This document shows, one piece after another, positions 18,139 through 28,300 of a DNA stretch of 64,000 nucleotides; position 1 is the first letter of the stretch; the number at the start of each line of letters is the position of its first letter. Origin of the DNA: Candidatus Omnitrophota bacterium (lineage in GTDB: Bacteria > Omnitrophota > Gorgyraeia > Zapsychrales > JANLHA01); the NCBI GenBank assembly GCA_029560465.1, contig JAKQKX010000092.1:1321-65320 (forward strand). Direction: 5' to 3'. The notes below the pieces were generated by a model. That model made no database searches, was not told where the DNA came from, and was given only the letters and a program-made list of their open reading frames with translations. Both the position numbers and the translations under genes were made by a program.

Positions 18139-19362
18139 TTGTACATAATTTACTTAATGAATCGTATGGTTACGGCACAACACAGAAAAATTGATTATAA
18201 GCGGGAACTGGAGACGGCCAGTAAAGGCATGATCATGATCCATGACCCGAAGCTTTTGATTAAGCTGATCGTGCGCATGATTGTGAGTAAGGTCATGATT
18301 AAGCACGCGGGCATGATCCTTTATGAGCCGGACAAAGATGCTTATATCTTGAGTATCTCAAGGGGAGAAACCGGATTCAAGGTCCCGGCTGGGTTTGCGC
18401 GTTTCAGTAAGAATCATTCTATTATTAAATTGTTCACTGAAAAAGAATATCGGGCCCTAACAATCAATAAGAATGCGATTCTTGTCCAGGATTTAAATCG
18501 GCTGATTTGGCAGGAGAGTGTCCTCAATAATAAAAACGGCAATCAGCAGTTATTGCATGACGTTGGGGAACAAATGCAGATGTTCAATGCCGTTGCTGGC
18601 GTCCCGGCCTATTACCAGGATAAGCTGCTCGCTGTTTTGCTGCTTGGGGAAAAGCACGACGGCTTTGGTTTTGATCAACAGGAACTGGATTTTTTTGCTG
18701 CTTTGGCTTCTGATGTGGCCATGGCCATACGGAATGCCCAGCTTTTTATGGATTTGAAGAAAGAGGCGGACAAGAACCATGACCTTTTTATCCGCACGAT
18801 GGTTGTTTTAAGCCAGGCTATTGAAGTTAAGGATAAGTATACGCACGGGCACACCAAGCGGGTGACGGATATCGCTGTTTTGGTTGCCCGGCAGATGGCT
18901 TTAAATGAGTCGGCGGATTTTGAGGAGGAGTTTTATGAAAATTTATACATTGCGAGCATGCTGCATGATATCGGAAAAATCGGGGTCCCCGAAGAAGTTC
19001 TGAATAAAAATGGCACGTTAACTAAAGAAGAATATCAGATTGTCCAGCTTCATCCCCGTCACGGGGTTGAGATATTGTCTCCATTGTCCGAGTTGAAGGA
19101 AAGCCTGGATGGAGTGAAGTATCACCACGAACGATATGACGGGAAGGGGTATCCGGAAGGCTTAAGCGGGGAGGGGATTCCTATTATCGCGGCGATTATT
19201 TCTGTGGCGGATGCTTTTGACGCCATGATCACGGACCGCTCGTACAGGCCCGGGATGACAAAAGCACAGGCAGTTGAAGAAGTAAAAAGGAATGCCGGCA
19301 CCCAGTTTCACCCTGTTCCGGTTAAAGCTTTGGTTGAACTGTATGAGAAAGGCCGGCTGTGA
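18139..19362 (+). CDS. GAF-domain HD-GYP phosphodiesterase (c-di-GMP hydrolase family)
   Basis: HD motif (MLHDIGKIGVP) and HHERYDGKGYPEGL (the GYP signature), downstream of GAF-like regions. Confidence 0.85.
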   Translation: MYIIYLMNRMVTAQHRKIDYKRELETASKGMIMIHDPKLLIKLIVRMIVSKVMIKHAGMILYEPDKDAYILSISRGETGFKVPAGFARFSKNHSIIKLFTEKEYRALTINKNAILVQDLNRLIWQESVLNNKNGNQQLLHDVGEQMQMFNAVAGVPAYYQDKLLAVLLLGEKHDGFGFDQQELDFFAALASDVAMAIRNAQLFMDLKKEADKNHDLFIRTMVVLSQAIEVKDKYTHGHTKRVTDIAVLVARQMALNESADFEEEFYENLYIASMLHDIGKIGVPEEVLNKNGTLTKEEYQIVQLHPRHGVEILSPLSELKESLDGVKYHHERYDGKGYPEGLSGEGIPIIAAIISVADAFDAMITDRSYRPGMTKAQAVEEVKRNAGTQFHPVPVKALVELYEKGRL

Positions 19363-19381
19363 TGTGAAAAAAGGAAGGATA

Positions 19382-21010
19382 TTAACTGCGAGAGTATAAA
19401 GGAAGTTCTACTTTGAATTTTGTTCCCACCCCTATTTGAGTTTCAACACTTATTTTTCCCCCGTGCTCCTGAATGATCCCTTGGGTTATCGCCAGGCCCA
19501 GTCCTGTCCCGGTATCTTTCTTTGAGAAAAATGGGTCAAATATATGTTTTATGTCTTCATGGGCGATCCCGGGGCCGGTGTCTTGGATCGAGATACAAAG
19601 AATATCTGAGGCGGTTGTCTTGACTGCGATGCCTATGATGAGTTCTCCTCCATCGTCAGACATAGCTTCTATGGCGTTGAGGAATAAATTGAGCAAGGCT
19701 TGTTTAAATTGATTCTGATCAATTTTTAATAAATGTTGCTCATTTGGATTATATTGCTTAACGATGGAGATGTTATGTTTTATAAAATCGTTATTTAGAA
19801 AAGCGATCGTGTCTTCAATTAAATATTCTACAACAGTATCCTTAAGATTTAATGGGGCGGGTTTAGCAAAATCCAGTAATTGATTAACCAGATTGTCTAT
19901 TCGCCCGACTTCGTTATTAACGATGCGGGCAAATTTGTCCAGAAATTGCGGATCATTTTTCTTTGAAGGGAGATATTCGGTGAAAGTTTTAACCGCGGTA
20001 AGAGGGTTCTTAATTTCGTGAGCCAGCCCGCTTGCTAGCGTGGCGATGGCTTTGAGCCTTTCTTTGTCAGCGATTTCTTTGCGAAGGAAAAGGTTCTCTT
20101 GGGCGATTTCTTCCGTTGAACCTTTATAAAATGCTTTATCAATAATATGTTGAATCTTGTTTTTGATAGGGATAAAAAAGACAGCAATTATAGTTGCATA
20201 AACTAGGCTTATAATAAACGATTGATATCCGAGAAAATTTTGGAAAAGTTTTTCAATGGTTATTATCAAAGTTAAATAAGCAATTGTTAAGGTCGCAATT
20301 AAAAGAGAATAGATTAAGCCTTTTCGAATTACAATATTAACATCGAGTAATTGATGTTTAAGGATCGCATAGCTGATAATAATACTCCAGAATAAAAAGA
20401 ATACAGCACCAAAAGGATAGATATTTACATGATATTTAGGCAGGAAGTCAATGCTTGCAAAAAAGGAGATGAAATAAGCTAAAAAGATGTATTTAATTTG
20501 TTTTAGTTGGTTAGCAGGGAGTAATTTTAACTTTATAGTTGAAAAAAGTTGAAGTAAGCTTCGAGAAATAATTGACATAAAAATGATAATAACATAAATA
20601 TAAAATGGCCCGACTCTTGAATAATAACCAAAATAGTATTTGTATAAACCTGTGTGAAAATATTTTGTGAAAAAGCTAAAAGGTAAATATAACAAAACAA
20701 CATAATATAAAGAAAGAGCAAATTTCTTTTCTTTTTTTTTGTAACAAAGGACGGAAGTAAAATGATAATAAGTTACACTGATAAAAAGTACTGCCGAACA
20801 TCCAATCCATAATAAAATATTAGCCAGTTTTTCATTATCTGTAGAATAACAAATCGAATAACAAAATAACCATAAAAAAACAGCCAATGATGATAAAAAG
20901 AACACCCTGTTGATTTCAGCCTTTATGTTATTAAGGAGTACTAATAAACCTAAGGAAATAGAAACGATACTAGTTGTAAGTGGAAGAATGGAATAAATTG
21001 TAATATGCAT
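19382..21010 (-). CDS. Sensor histidine kinase with multi-pass membrane sensor domain (paralog of the kinase at 15508)
   Basis: AT-rich N-terminal polytopic region; H-box (LASGLAHEIKNPL); N-box (LFLNAIEAM); G-boxes (DTGPGI, GTGLGL). The membrane domain resembles that of the kinase at 15508. Confidence 0.85.
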   Translation of the reverse strand: MHITIYSILPLTTSIVSISLGLLVLLNNIKAEINRVFFLSSLAVFLWLFCYSICYSTDNEKLANILLWIGCSAVLFISVTYYHFTSVLCYKKKEKKFALSLYYVVLLYLPFSFFTKYFHTGLYKYYFGYYSRVGPFYIYVIIIFMSIISRSLLQLFSTIKLKLLPANQLKQIKYIFLAYFISFFASIDFLPKYHVNIYPFGAVFFLFWSIIISYAILKHQLLDVNIVIRKGLIYSLLIATLTIAYLTLIITIEKLFQNFLGYQSFIISLVYATIIAVFFIPIKNKIQHIIDKAFYKGSTEEIAQENLFLRKEIADKERLKAIATLASGLAHEIKNPLTAVKTFTEYLPSKKNDPQFLDKFARIVNNEVGRIDNLVNQLLDFAKPAPLNLKDTVVEYLIEDTIAFLNNDFIKHNISIVKQYNPNEQHLLKIDQNQFKQALLNLFLNAIEAMSDDGGELIIGIAVKTTASDILCISIQDTGPGIAHEDIKHIFDPFFSKKDTGTGLGLAITQGIIQEHGGKISVETQIGVGTKFKVELPLYSRS

Positions 21011-21035
21011 TTAATTTGGCAGTCCTATAAAGAAG

Positions 21036-21395
21036 TTACTTCATCTTTTTCTTAACGACATCCAATATTTCTTCAGCCTTAAAAGGTTTTACGATATACC
21101 CCGACGCCCCAAGCCGCACGGCTTCCGTTGCTGTTTCAACGGATTTATATCCCGTAACAATAATAACGGGTAATTCTGGAGATACATTTTTGATTTTTTG
21201 AAGCACTTCAAGCCCGTTATATCCCGGCATTTTAATGTCGAGCAGCACGAGCCCTATGTCCTGATCGTTTTCAACGCAGTTGAGCCCTTGTCCCGCGTCT
21301 TCCGTTATAATTAGATTATAATAATCACTTAAGATTAGTTTGAGCGATTCTCTTACGCCTTCCACATCGTCAATAATTAACACTTTTTTGGACAT
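21036..21395 (-). CDS. Single-domain response regulator (CheY-like receiver)
   Basis: VLIIDDVE...; LVLLDIKMPG; IIVTGY...YIVKPF. 119 aa. Confidence 0.85.
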   Translation of the reverse strand: MSKKVLIIDDVEGVRESLKLILSDYYNLIITEDAGQGLNCVENDQDIGLVLLDIKMPGYNGLEVLQKIKNVSPELPVIIVTGYKSVETATEAVRLGASGYIVKPFKAEEILDVVKKKMK

Positions 21396-21429
21396 TGAGC
21401 CCTCCGTCTGTAAGACTTGTTATCTTTAT

Positions 21430-21981
21430 TTAGAGTTCAACAGGGGTAATAACGGATATAAGTTTGGCGACTCTGGATCCCGCGTTCTCTATATAGTGTT
21501 TTTGTGAGGAATTAAAATACAATGTGTCATTGGCCTTGAGGGCGTGGGCGCGTTCTCCGATATGCACGCTGACAAGCCCTTCCAGCACAAAAATAAATTT
21601 TTCTGATCCCGGTTGATTTTGCTCTATGGAGGTTTTCCCCCCAACATCAATGCGCAAAACAACCGGGAGCATTTTTTTGTTCACGATATTCCCGGTTAAT
21701 ATTTCGGAGGAAGCTTTTTCATTGTATGAAAAAGTTTCCGGTGCGTCTCCTAATTCAACTTTTTCTAGGGAATCGTTCGTCGTATGAACCCCTTTATATA
21801 AATCTATCAGTTCAACGCCAAGCGCTTGGGCGATTCGTATGTGTGATTCCAGAGTGCCTGTCATTTTCAAGTGTTCAATGCGGCTGAGGGTGGCGATTTG
21901 TATGCCGCTTTTTTCGGCAAGGTCTGTTAATTTCATGTTTTTAGCTTTTCTCAAGTCTCTAATTTTTTTCCCTAATTCCAT
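21430..21981 (-). CDS. XRE-family HTH transcriptional regulator with C-terminal cupin domain
   Basis: N-terminal HTH (LRKAKNMKLTDLAEKSGIQIATLSRIE). C-terminal cupin-like beta-barrel region (FIFVLEG...HIGE...YFNS). Confidence 0.8.
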   Translation of the reverse strand: MELGKKIRDLRKAKNMKLTDLAEKSGIQIATLSRIEHLKMTGTLESHIRIAQALGVELIDLYKGVHTTNDSLEKVELGDAPETFSYNEKASSEILTGNIVNKKMLPVVLRIDVGGKTSIEQNQPGSEKFIFVLEGLVSVHIGERAHALKANDTLYFNSSQKHYIENAGSRVAKLISVITPVEL

Positions 21982-22158
21982 TGGGTGCTCCTTTTTATTT
22001 TAGAATTTATAAGGAAATAGGCTTAGTTTTAGTTTAACATAATTTGATTAAATGTCAAATAGATTGTTTTATGAATAAACAAATATTGATATTTTTATGT
22101 AATTTTATGTTATTAATTGTATAAGATGAAATAAAATTGAAAAATTTGCAAAATATGT

Positions 22159-22187
22159 TTGACAAAAAATCAAAATCGTGTTATCCT
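22159..22187 (+). promoter_or_regulatory. Putative sigma70 promoter (TTGACA-17-TATCCT) in a divergent AT-rich intergenic region
   Basis: Perfect -35 TTGACA at 22159-22164, a 17-nt spacer, and a -10-like TATCCT at 22182-22187, about 40 nt upstream of the ORF at 22230. Confidence 0.35.
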
Positions 22188-22229
22188 GTTTTAGTCAGAA
22201 GTTAATAAAAAAGAAAAGAGGACTTCAGC

Positions 22230-22502
22230 ATGAATAATGAAACTCCACAAAAACCCTTCAATATTCCCCAAGTGTTGCCATTATTAAAGCAGGAAAATAT
22301 TGTCGCGATTTATGTTGTCCTTTTAGTTTTAAAAAAGATGCGGATGGAATTAGGGCTGGAGCCCATGCATGAATATATGGATGCCTACATAAATATTATC
22401 GAACGGCATAATCATCGATTGAAACGAGTTGTTGCCCAATTATTAACCGTATTAAATGTGGATAAAATTTATCGGGACTGTATAGACCATGAAAATTCGT
22501 AA
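22230..22502 (+). CDS. Hypothetical protein
   Basis: 90-aa ORF with RBS-like AAGAGGA upstream. No recognisable motif. Confidence 0.4.
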   Translation: MNNETPQKPFNIPQVLPLLKQENIVAIYVVLLVLKKMRMELGLEPMHEYMDAYINIIERHNHRLKRVVAQLLTVLNVDKIYRDCIDHENS

Positions 22503-24165
22503 TATTTTTACAATAATTGTAATATGTTTGTCCTTGACTTCTGATGTTTTCTCGGCGCAAGGATCGTGGCGAAGGGAAACAGGTTATATAAGGGAAAAGA
22601 TAACCCGGCTTTTTGTCCATCCAGAAGACGCGCAGAATTTGTTCATTGGTACCGAGAATACCATATATGTTTTAGACCTTGCCGGGCAGAAATTGACCCC
22701 TTCATTAATTGCGGGCGGAAGCAAATTAAAAGTCTATGCGTTTGAGTTTATCCCGGGCCCTTTAGCGCACATATTGGCCGCGACAGACAAAGGGTTATAT
22801 TCAAGCCAAGATAAAGGACGGAGCTGGCAAAAGCAGAATTTGGGGTTAGATCTTCAGTCACAACAATGTTTTTCTCTCCTTTATGATCCCCAGTACCGGA
22901 AATTATACATAGGAACAGCCCATGGGTTGTATATTCGAAAAACAGAAAAAGGCGATTTTGAAAAAGAAGACAGTGTCGCTTCCAACACGCCTGTTTATAA
23001 AATACAGAGCGATTCTGATTTTTTCTATATTGTTACGCATCAGGAAGTGATTCGGTTTGGAAGACTTGATCCTGGTTTTGGAGAAACGATATATAGGGTA
23101 TTCGATAAGGAGGAGGAAGGGGAGGAATATTTAGAAAATCTGCCGAGTATAAATGATTTTGTTGTTTCACCTCAGAAGGATTCTCTTTTTATGGCTGTGC
23201 CTGCTCACGGGATTCTTAAAAGCGATGACCATGGCCGGGAATGGCAAGAACTCCCTTCTTTGGGGGTTCCGGTGAAGGATGTTAATCAGGTGACCTTTTG
23301 CCCGGGGATATATTCAGGTGCCCATCCGGGCGTGTCCTCTCCTGGCCTATCACCGGTTTGTGCCGCGACAGAAACCGGCGTGTATGTTTTTCAAAATAAG
23401 GCCTGGGTTCGGTTTGACCAGGGGATAACCACACAAGCCATAACGGCTTTAGCCGCCGGTTTTCAAGGAACTATTTACGCGGCGGCAGATACGGGAATAT
23501 ATTCCATGCCCGGGCTTCCATTATTAGTGAAAGAGGGGGCATCGTTAAATCAAGAGGGGGTCGATAACCATGCTTGTTTACGGGAAGAGAAGCTGTCGGA
23601 CGAAAGTCCTGTCTTGAGGGATGTAAAATCAGCTTACGATGATTATGCCAGGTATGTGGAACAAGAACCGGCTATCCAGGACGTCCATCGGATGGTTATT
23701 GAATATGCGGACGTGAGCCCAGATAAAATAAGAAATTGGAAAGGGAAAGCCAGGATGAAATCACTGCTTCCGAGTCTTTCTGTCGGGCTTGACAGGATGG
23801 GGACCAATCTTTTTCACTGGAATACGGCGGCTGACCCGGATGAGTTGCAGAAAGGCCGGGAGTATTTGGGGTGGGATGTTTCTTTGTCCTGGGATTTTTC
23901 CGATCTAATCTGGAGTTCCGATCAAACATCAATTGATTCCAGGGCCAAGTTAATGGTGGAGTTAAGGGAGGATCTGCTGTCGCACGTTACGAGAATATAT
24001 TTTGAACGGCGTCGAATTCAAATGGAAATTTTTAAAGAAAATATATCGCCGGTTGAAGGGGACGCTTCTTTTGAACGTCATCTCAGGGTTGCAGAGCTGA
24101 CAGCGATCATAGACGCTATGACAGGGGGCATGTTTAGTAAAAGAATCTCGCAATATGCGCGATGA
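22489..24165 (+). CDS. Secreted BNR/Asp-box repeat protein (beta-propeller-like)
   Basis: N-terminal signal peptide. Asp-box-like motifs SQDKGRSWQ and SDDHGREWQ. Confidence 0.6.
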   Translation: MKIRNIFTIIVICLSLTSDVFSAQGSWRRETGYIREKITRLFVHPEDAQNLFIGTENTIYVLDLAGQKLTPSLIAGGSKLKVYAFEFIPGPLAHILAATDKGLYSSQDKGRSWQKQNLGLDLQSQQCFSLLYDPQYRKLYIGTAHGLYIRKTEKGDFEKEDSVASNTPVYKIQSDSDFFYIVTHQEVIRFGRLDPGFGETIYRVFDKEEEGEEYLENLPSINDFVVSPQKDSLFMAVPAHGILKSDDHGREWQELPSLGVPVKDVNQVTFCPGIYSGAHPGVSSPGLSPVCAATETGVYVFQNKAWVRFDQGITTQAITALAAGFQGTIYAAADTGIYSMPGLPLLVKEGASLNQEGVDNHACLREEKLSDESPVLRDVKSAYDDYARYVEQEPAIQDVHRMVIEYADVSPDKIRNWKGKARMKSLLPSLSVGLDRMGTNLFHWNTAADPDELQKGREYLGWDVSLSWDFSDLIWSSDQTSIDSRAKLMVELREDLLSHVTRIYFERRRIQMEIFKENISPVEGDASFERHLRVAELTAIIDAMTGGMFSKRISQYAR

Positions 24166-24275
24166 GGGTTTGGTATCCGGGAGAGATGCTGTCAGCTTAA
24201 TATTTTTGATAACTCGGGGCAGCGACGCTGCGGAATTAACGCTAACGGTTAGGGTGATATGAAAGGAGCAGTCTT

Positions 24276-24542
24276 ATGTTGAAGAAGCTTGTTTTGGTTG
24301 GTATGTGCATCGCGGTGCTTTCCGTCGCGACAGTTTCCTTTGCGGAGGATGTGTATATAACGCCCAAAGGGAGGAAGTATCACAAGGCGGAGTGCCGTCT
24401 TTTAAAAGACAGCGAAACAGAGGTGTTGGATAAAGCGGTGGCGATTGAAAAAGGATACGAGCCTTGTTCCGTCTGCATGAAGGATGATGACCCCCAGTCC
24501 TCCAAAAAACTCCAGAATAAAAAGAATAAAAAAGATAAATAA
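24276..24542 (+). CDS. Small secreted Cys-containing protein with a Lys-rich C-terminal tail
   Basis: RBS AAAGGAG. Signal peptide (MLKKLVLVGMCIAVLSVATVSFA). CxxxxxC...CSVC motif. Tail SSKKLQNKKNKKDK. Confidence 0.55.
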   Translation: MLKKLVLVGMCIAVLSVATVSFAEDVYITPKGRKYHKAECRLLKDSETEVLDKAVAIEKGYEPCSVCMKDDDPQSSKKLQNKKNKKDK

Positions 24543-24605
24543 GAATCAACGGTACAGTCACCCCATATACATTAAATAACCCGAGCTGATTCCGTTAGCT
24601 TAATA

Positions 24606-24710
24606 AAAATACCGGGAGCGCTTATATGCGCAGGTCTCTTATGCTGCTGGGGTACAGCTAAGAGACGTTAAGGGGAAAAAGGGGAAAGAGCCAAGGCGCT
24701 CCCGGTATTA
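24606..24710. repeat. About 105-bp imperfect palindrome (nested stem-loops) immediately upstream of the first IS200-like gene
   Basis: Outer arms AAAATACCGGGAGCGC (24606-24621) and GCGCTCCCGGTATT (24696-24709) are exact reverse complements. Inner arms GGTCTCTTA and TAAGAGACG nearly so. Followed by a T-rich tract. Confidence 0.5.
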
Positions 24711-24719
24711 ATTTTATTC

Positions 24720-25226
24720 TTGAAAGGACCTGTTATGCGAGACACTTCGGCATTCTTGGACGGCAGTGTATGTTTTTTGGTTAAGTTCAGCCCTTTAAGC
24801 AATCGAACTCTTTTTAAGAGGGATGATGATTATAAATATTATTTGTATTTGTTAAGGAAGTACAAGGCGCGGTATCAAATAAAACTTTTCGCCTTTTGTT
24901 TGACTCCCAAAAGGGCCTCCCTGATCGTCCAGCCATACGAAGAGGAAGGGCTTAATATTTTTCTTCATCACTTGAGTGAATCTTACATGAATTATTATAA
25001 TGAAAATTATGATGAATTTGAACCTTTGAAAGCGGGCCGGTATCGTAAGCTGACTTTAAATGATAACCAGACGTTAATCTCCTGTATCAAAGAAATGGAG
25101 TCCCTCCCCGTTAAGCAACTGCTGTCGGACTCCCCGGTGGAATACCCCTACAGCAGTTATTGCGCGCGTGTCGGCTCCCGCCAGAATGGGCTGCTCGACA
25201 GAGATGCGTATTTAAAAAGCAACTGA
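24720..25226 (+). CDS. IS200-like / REP-associated Y1 (HUH) transposase homolog, probably degenerate
   Basis: Shares block order with the intact copy at 34068 (...LFAFCLTPKRASLIV... and a C-terminal ...VEYPYSSY). The HxH motif (HVHMV in the intact copy) is replaced by ASLIV. Confidence 0.55.
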   Translation: MKGPVMRDTSAFLDGSVCFLVKFSPLSNRTLFKRDDDYKYYLYLLRKYKARYQIKLFAFCLTPKRASLIVQPYEEEGLNIFLHHLSESYMNYYNENYDEFEPLKAGRYRKLTLNDNQTLISCIKEMESLPVKQLLSDSPVEYPYSSYCARVGSRQNGLLDRDAYLKSN

Positions 25227-25377
25227 TCCAATCTCCCCTTCCCCCGATTGTTTCTTGTTCGTTGATTTTTATGCCTTGTCCCCTGATCAATAGATCCCCG
25301 ATGAAGGTTGCGAAGGATGCGGCTGTTAATACCCTTTTTAGAAAGAATTTTATCCGTTCATTTTAAAAGGAGGGAAT

Positions 25378-28300
25378 ATGAGAAATAGGATTTTTGTCCT
25401 CGTCCCGGTCGTGTCGCTGTGCTTGTTTTATATTTCCGTGGGGTATGCCAGTGAAGGGGTGCCTGTGAACGACTTGTTGGGGATTGATCTTGATGCGGAG
25501 AAGCAGAATTATCAGAAGATGTTGGACCGCAGGGAAAGCGATTCAGAAAATATAAAGACGGCATCCGCCCCAGAATCCGGTCCAGCGGTGATGATGTTTG
25601 CCACATCGGAAAGCGGCGCATTGCCTTTGCCGGAGAAAATGATTAAGAATTTTCAGTTTGATCCATATAGCGGCTCCGGCAATATGTCGATACCCATCTA
25701 TACCCCGGCTGGCCGGGCGGGTGTTCAGCCGAATGTCGCGTTAGCATATTCTCACCGGGGAAGCAATGATGTGCTGGGGGTGGGCTGGAGTATAAATTTC
25801 GGGGCGATTGAGCGCTCAACCAAAAACGGGGTGCCGGAATATGACGGCACGGACACATTTATTTGTACCCTAGGGGGCGGTAGCTTTGAATTAGTTAATA
25901 TTGGAGGGAATGAATACCGGGCCAGAGTGGAAGGCGCGTTTATGAAATTCATTTTTGCGGATCCTCATTGGGAGGCCAAAGACAAACAGGGGAATACGTA
26001 TTATTTCGGCCTCGATACATTGCTGGAAGATGATTCCCGGCTGGAAAGCAATAATAAAGTGTTCCGCTGGTATTTAAGTGAAGTAAAGGATATTCATGGG
26101 AACTATTACTTCGTGAGGAATTTTGAGGACGGCAGTTTTGAAATTTTGTATACAGGGGAGCCGGGAACCGACCGGGCCGCCCTGAATGCCGGGACGCAAC
26201 ATTTTGCGCATAAAATTGCCGGTCTCGTTGAGAGCACAGACCGGGACGATATCGGTATGAGCAGTAAATCCGGGATTGAAATCTGGCAGCGGCGACGCTT
26301 GGCATCCATAGAGGTGCAGTCCAACGATATATTACAGAGGAAGTATGAGTTTAGCTATGATTACAGCCAAAGGACGGGCCGGTCTCTTTTGAAAAGCATC
26401 ACCGAATACGGTTCGGACGGGGTGACGGCCATGCCGGCCTTGACGTTTGAATATCAGGAAGACAGTTATCCGGTTTATGACATACAAACAGCGTTCGGGG
26501 ATATTGAGACCGGGGATAACCGGTTTAATATCAGGTTTAATGAAGCTTATGAGGTTGGGAGCGAGAACATTTATACGTTATACCCGATTTACAATGGAGA
26601 CCCCGATTACGGTTTTTTCAGTAGCGGGCATATCGTTCCCTGGGGGCCCAAGCATACGGATCATGTTTATAATTCCGGCGGGATTTATTGGTATCAGGAC
26701 ATACCCTATGGGAATTTAGATTTCAGTGGCCCGGTTGACAGCGCGATGAAAGCCTGGACGTATTTGTTCCTGCGCGATCAGGAAGGCCCGGTTTATTTTA
26801 ATTTTAACCAGTCGGACGTGGGAGCCCTCTACATAAATGGGACATACGGTAACGTTCTTGGCCCCGGGACTTATACTCTTAACCAAGGCTATAACCTGAT
26901 CGAATTTACGGCATATAACCAGAACGATCTCGCCCGGCTCAAGCTGATGTCCCATATTTCGACCCAGGTTGATGTGATGAATTCGACGCAGTTGGTTTTG
27001 CCGCAGCTTTCCGGGGATTTTAACGGTGACGGCCTGGCGGATTTGGCCACGTTTTCATCTATTGAGGGAAAGGCCTTGGTTGCCCTTTCCCAAGGGGAGA
27101 CCTTTTTACCCAAGACGGAATGGATTACCAATTTCGGCGTTGACAGCCAGATATTTCTTGGGGATTTTAACGGCGACGGCAGGGTGGACCTTGGGGCATA
27201 TAACCCGGAAACCGACAATGTGCATGTCGCCCTGTCAACCGGCAGCGGATTTGCAGATGCGGGTATTTGGGCAAATATGATTTCTTATTATCCTGTTGTA
27301 AGCGCGGGCGATGTCAATGGGGATGGATTAAGCGATTTAGTGATGTTTTTCTATAACAATGTGAACTACTGTTATTATCAGGTTTATTACAGCGATGGGG
27401 CATCTTTTTATACCTGGAATTATAACGACCAGTATGCCGGGGCGCTTAATGATAATTTTTTTACGGGTGATTTTAACGGTGACGGGTTAAGCGATTTTGG
27501 CCGATTCACGAGGTCCACAGGGAATTGGGAAATACGCTACAATTTAACGGATTCCTCCGGGATCCCGCAGACGCTCCTTACGACCGTTTCAGGGTTTGGG
27601 CAAAACCGCAACTTCACAGTATCTGATTTCAATGACGATGGCCTACTTGATATTGGTTATTACGAGCATTTGACCGGGAATATCATCTACCGGCCGTCAA
27701 AGGGGATGAGCTTTTCCTCAACAGACCACAGCCTGCCGTTTGTTTTTACTATTTATGACGAAACCGCGCAGGTGCAGAGCTCTGATTATAACGGTGACGG
27801 TTTGACGGATTTTATCCTTTATACAGAACTGGCCAATGAACAATACGCCTACAGCACGCAAGGGAAACACGCGGACCTTCTGGCTAAAAGCAAAAATGGT
27901 CTTGGGGGAGAGACATCGTTTGTGTATGGATCATCCATATACTACGACAATTCCTATTTACCGTTTAATTTTCCGGTGATAACGTCGGTGAATGTCTCCA
28001 ACTGTCTGGGGGATGAATATACAACTGCGTATTCCTATGGCCAGGGATTGTGGGAGGCGGGCGAACGGGAATTTTACGGGTTTGGATACACGAAGGTCAC
28101 GGACCCGGAAGGGAATTACGCCGAATCTTATTTCCGGCAGGACAATGTGTATATGCGCGGCCGGCCGGACCGGCAGGAACAATATGATGCCCAGGGGAAT
28201 CTTTATTCAAAGAGCACGAACACCTGGGAAACGGAGGATATTTATCCGTCCACGACCCCGCCGGTTAAATTCGTGAAATTAAGCCGCACGGACAATTATG

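Noticed and set aside
27011-27830. Periodic about 150-nt repeats that could be mistaken for a CRISPR-like array
   Set aside because: The repeats are in-frame FG-GAP/VCBS protein motifs (DFNGDGLxD) with variable spacing within an ORF. They have no direct-repeat/spacer architecture.
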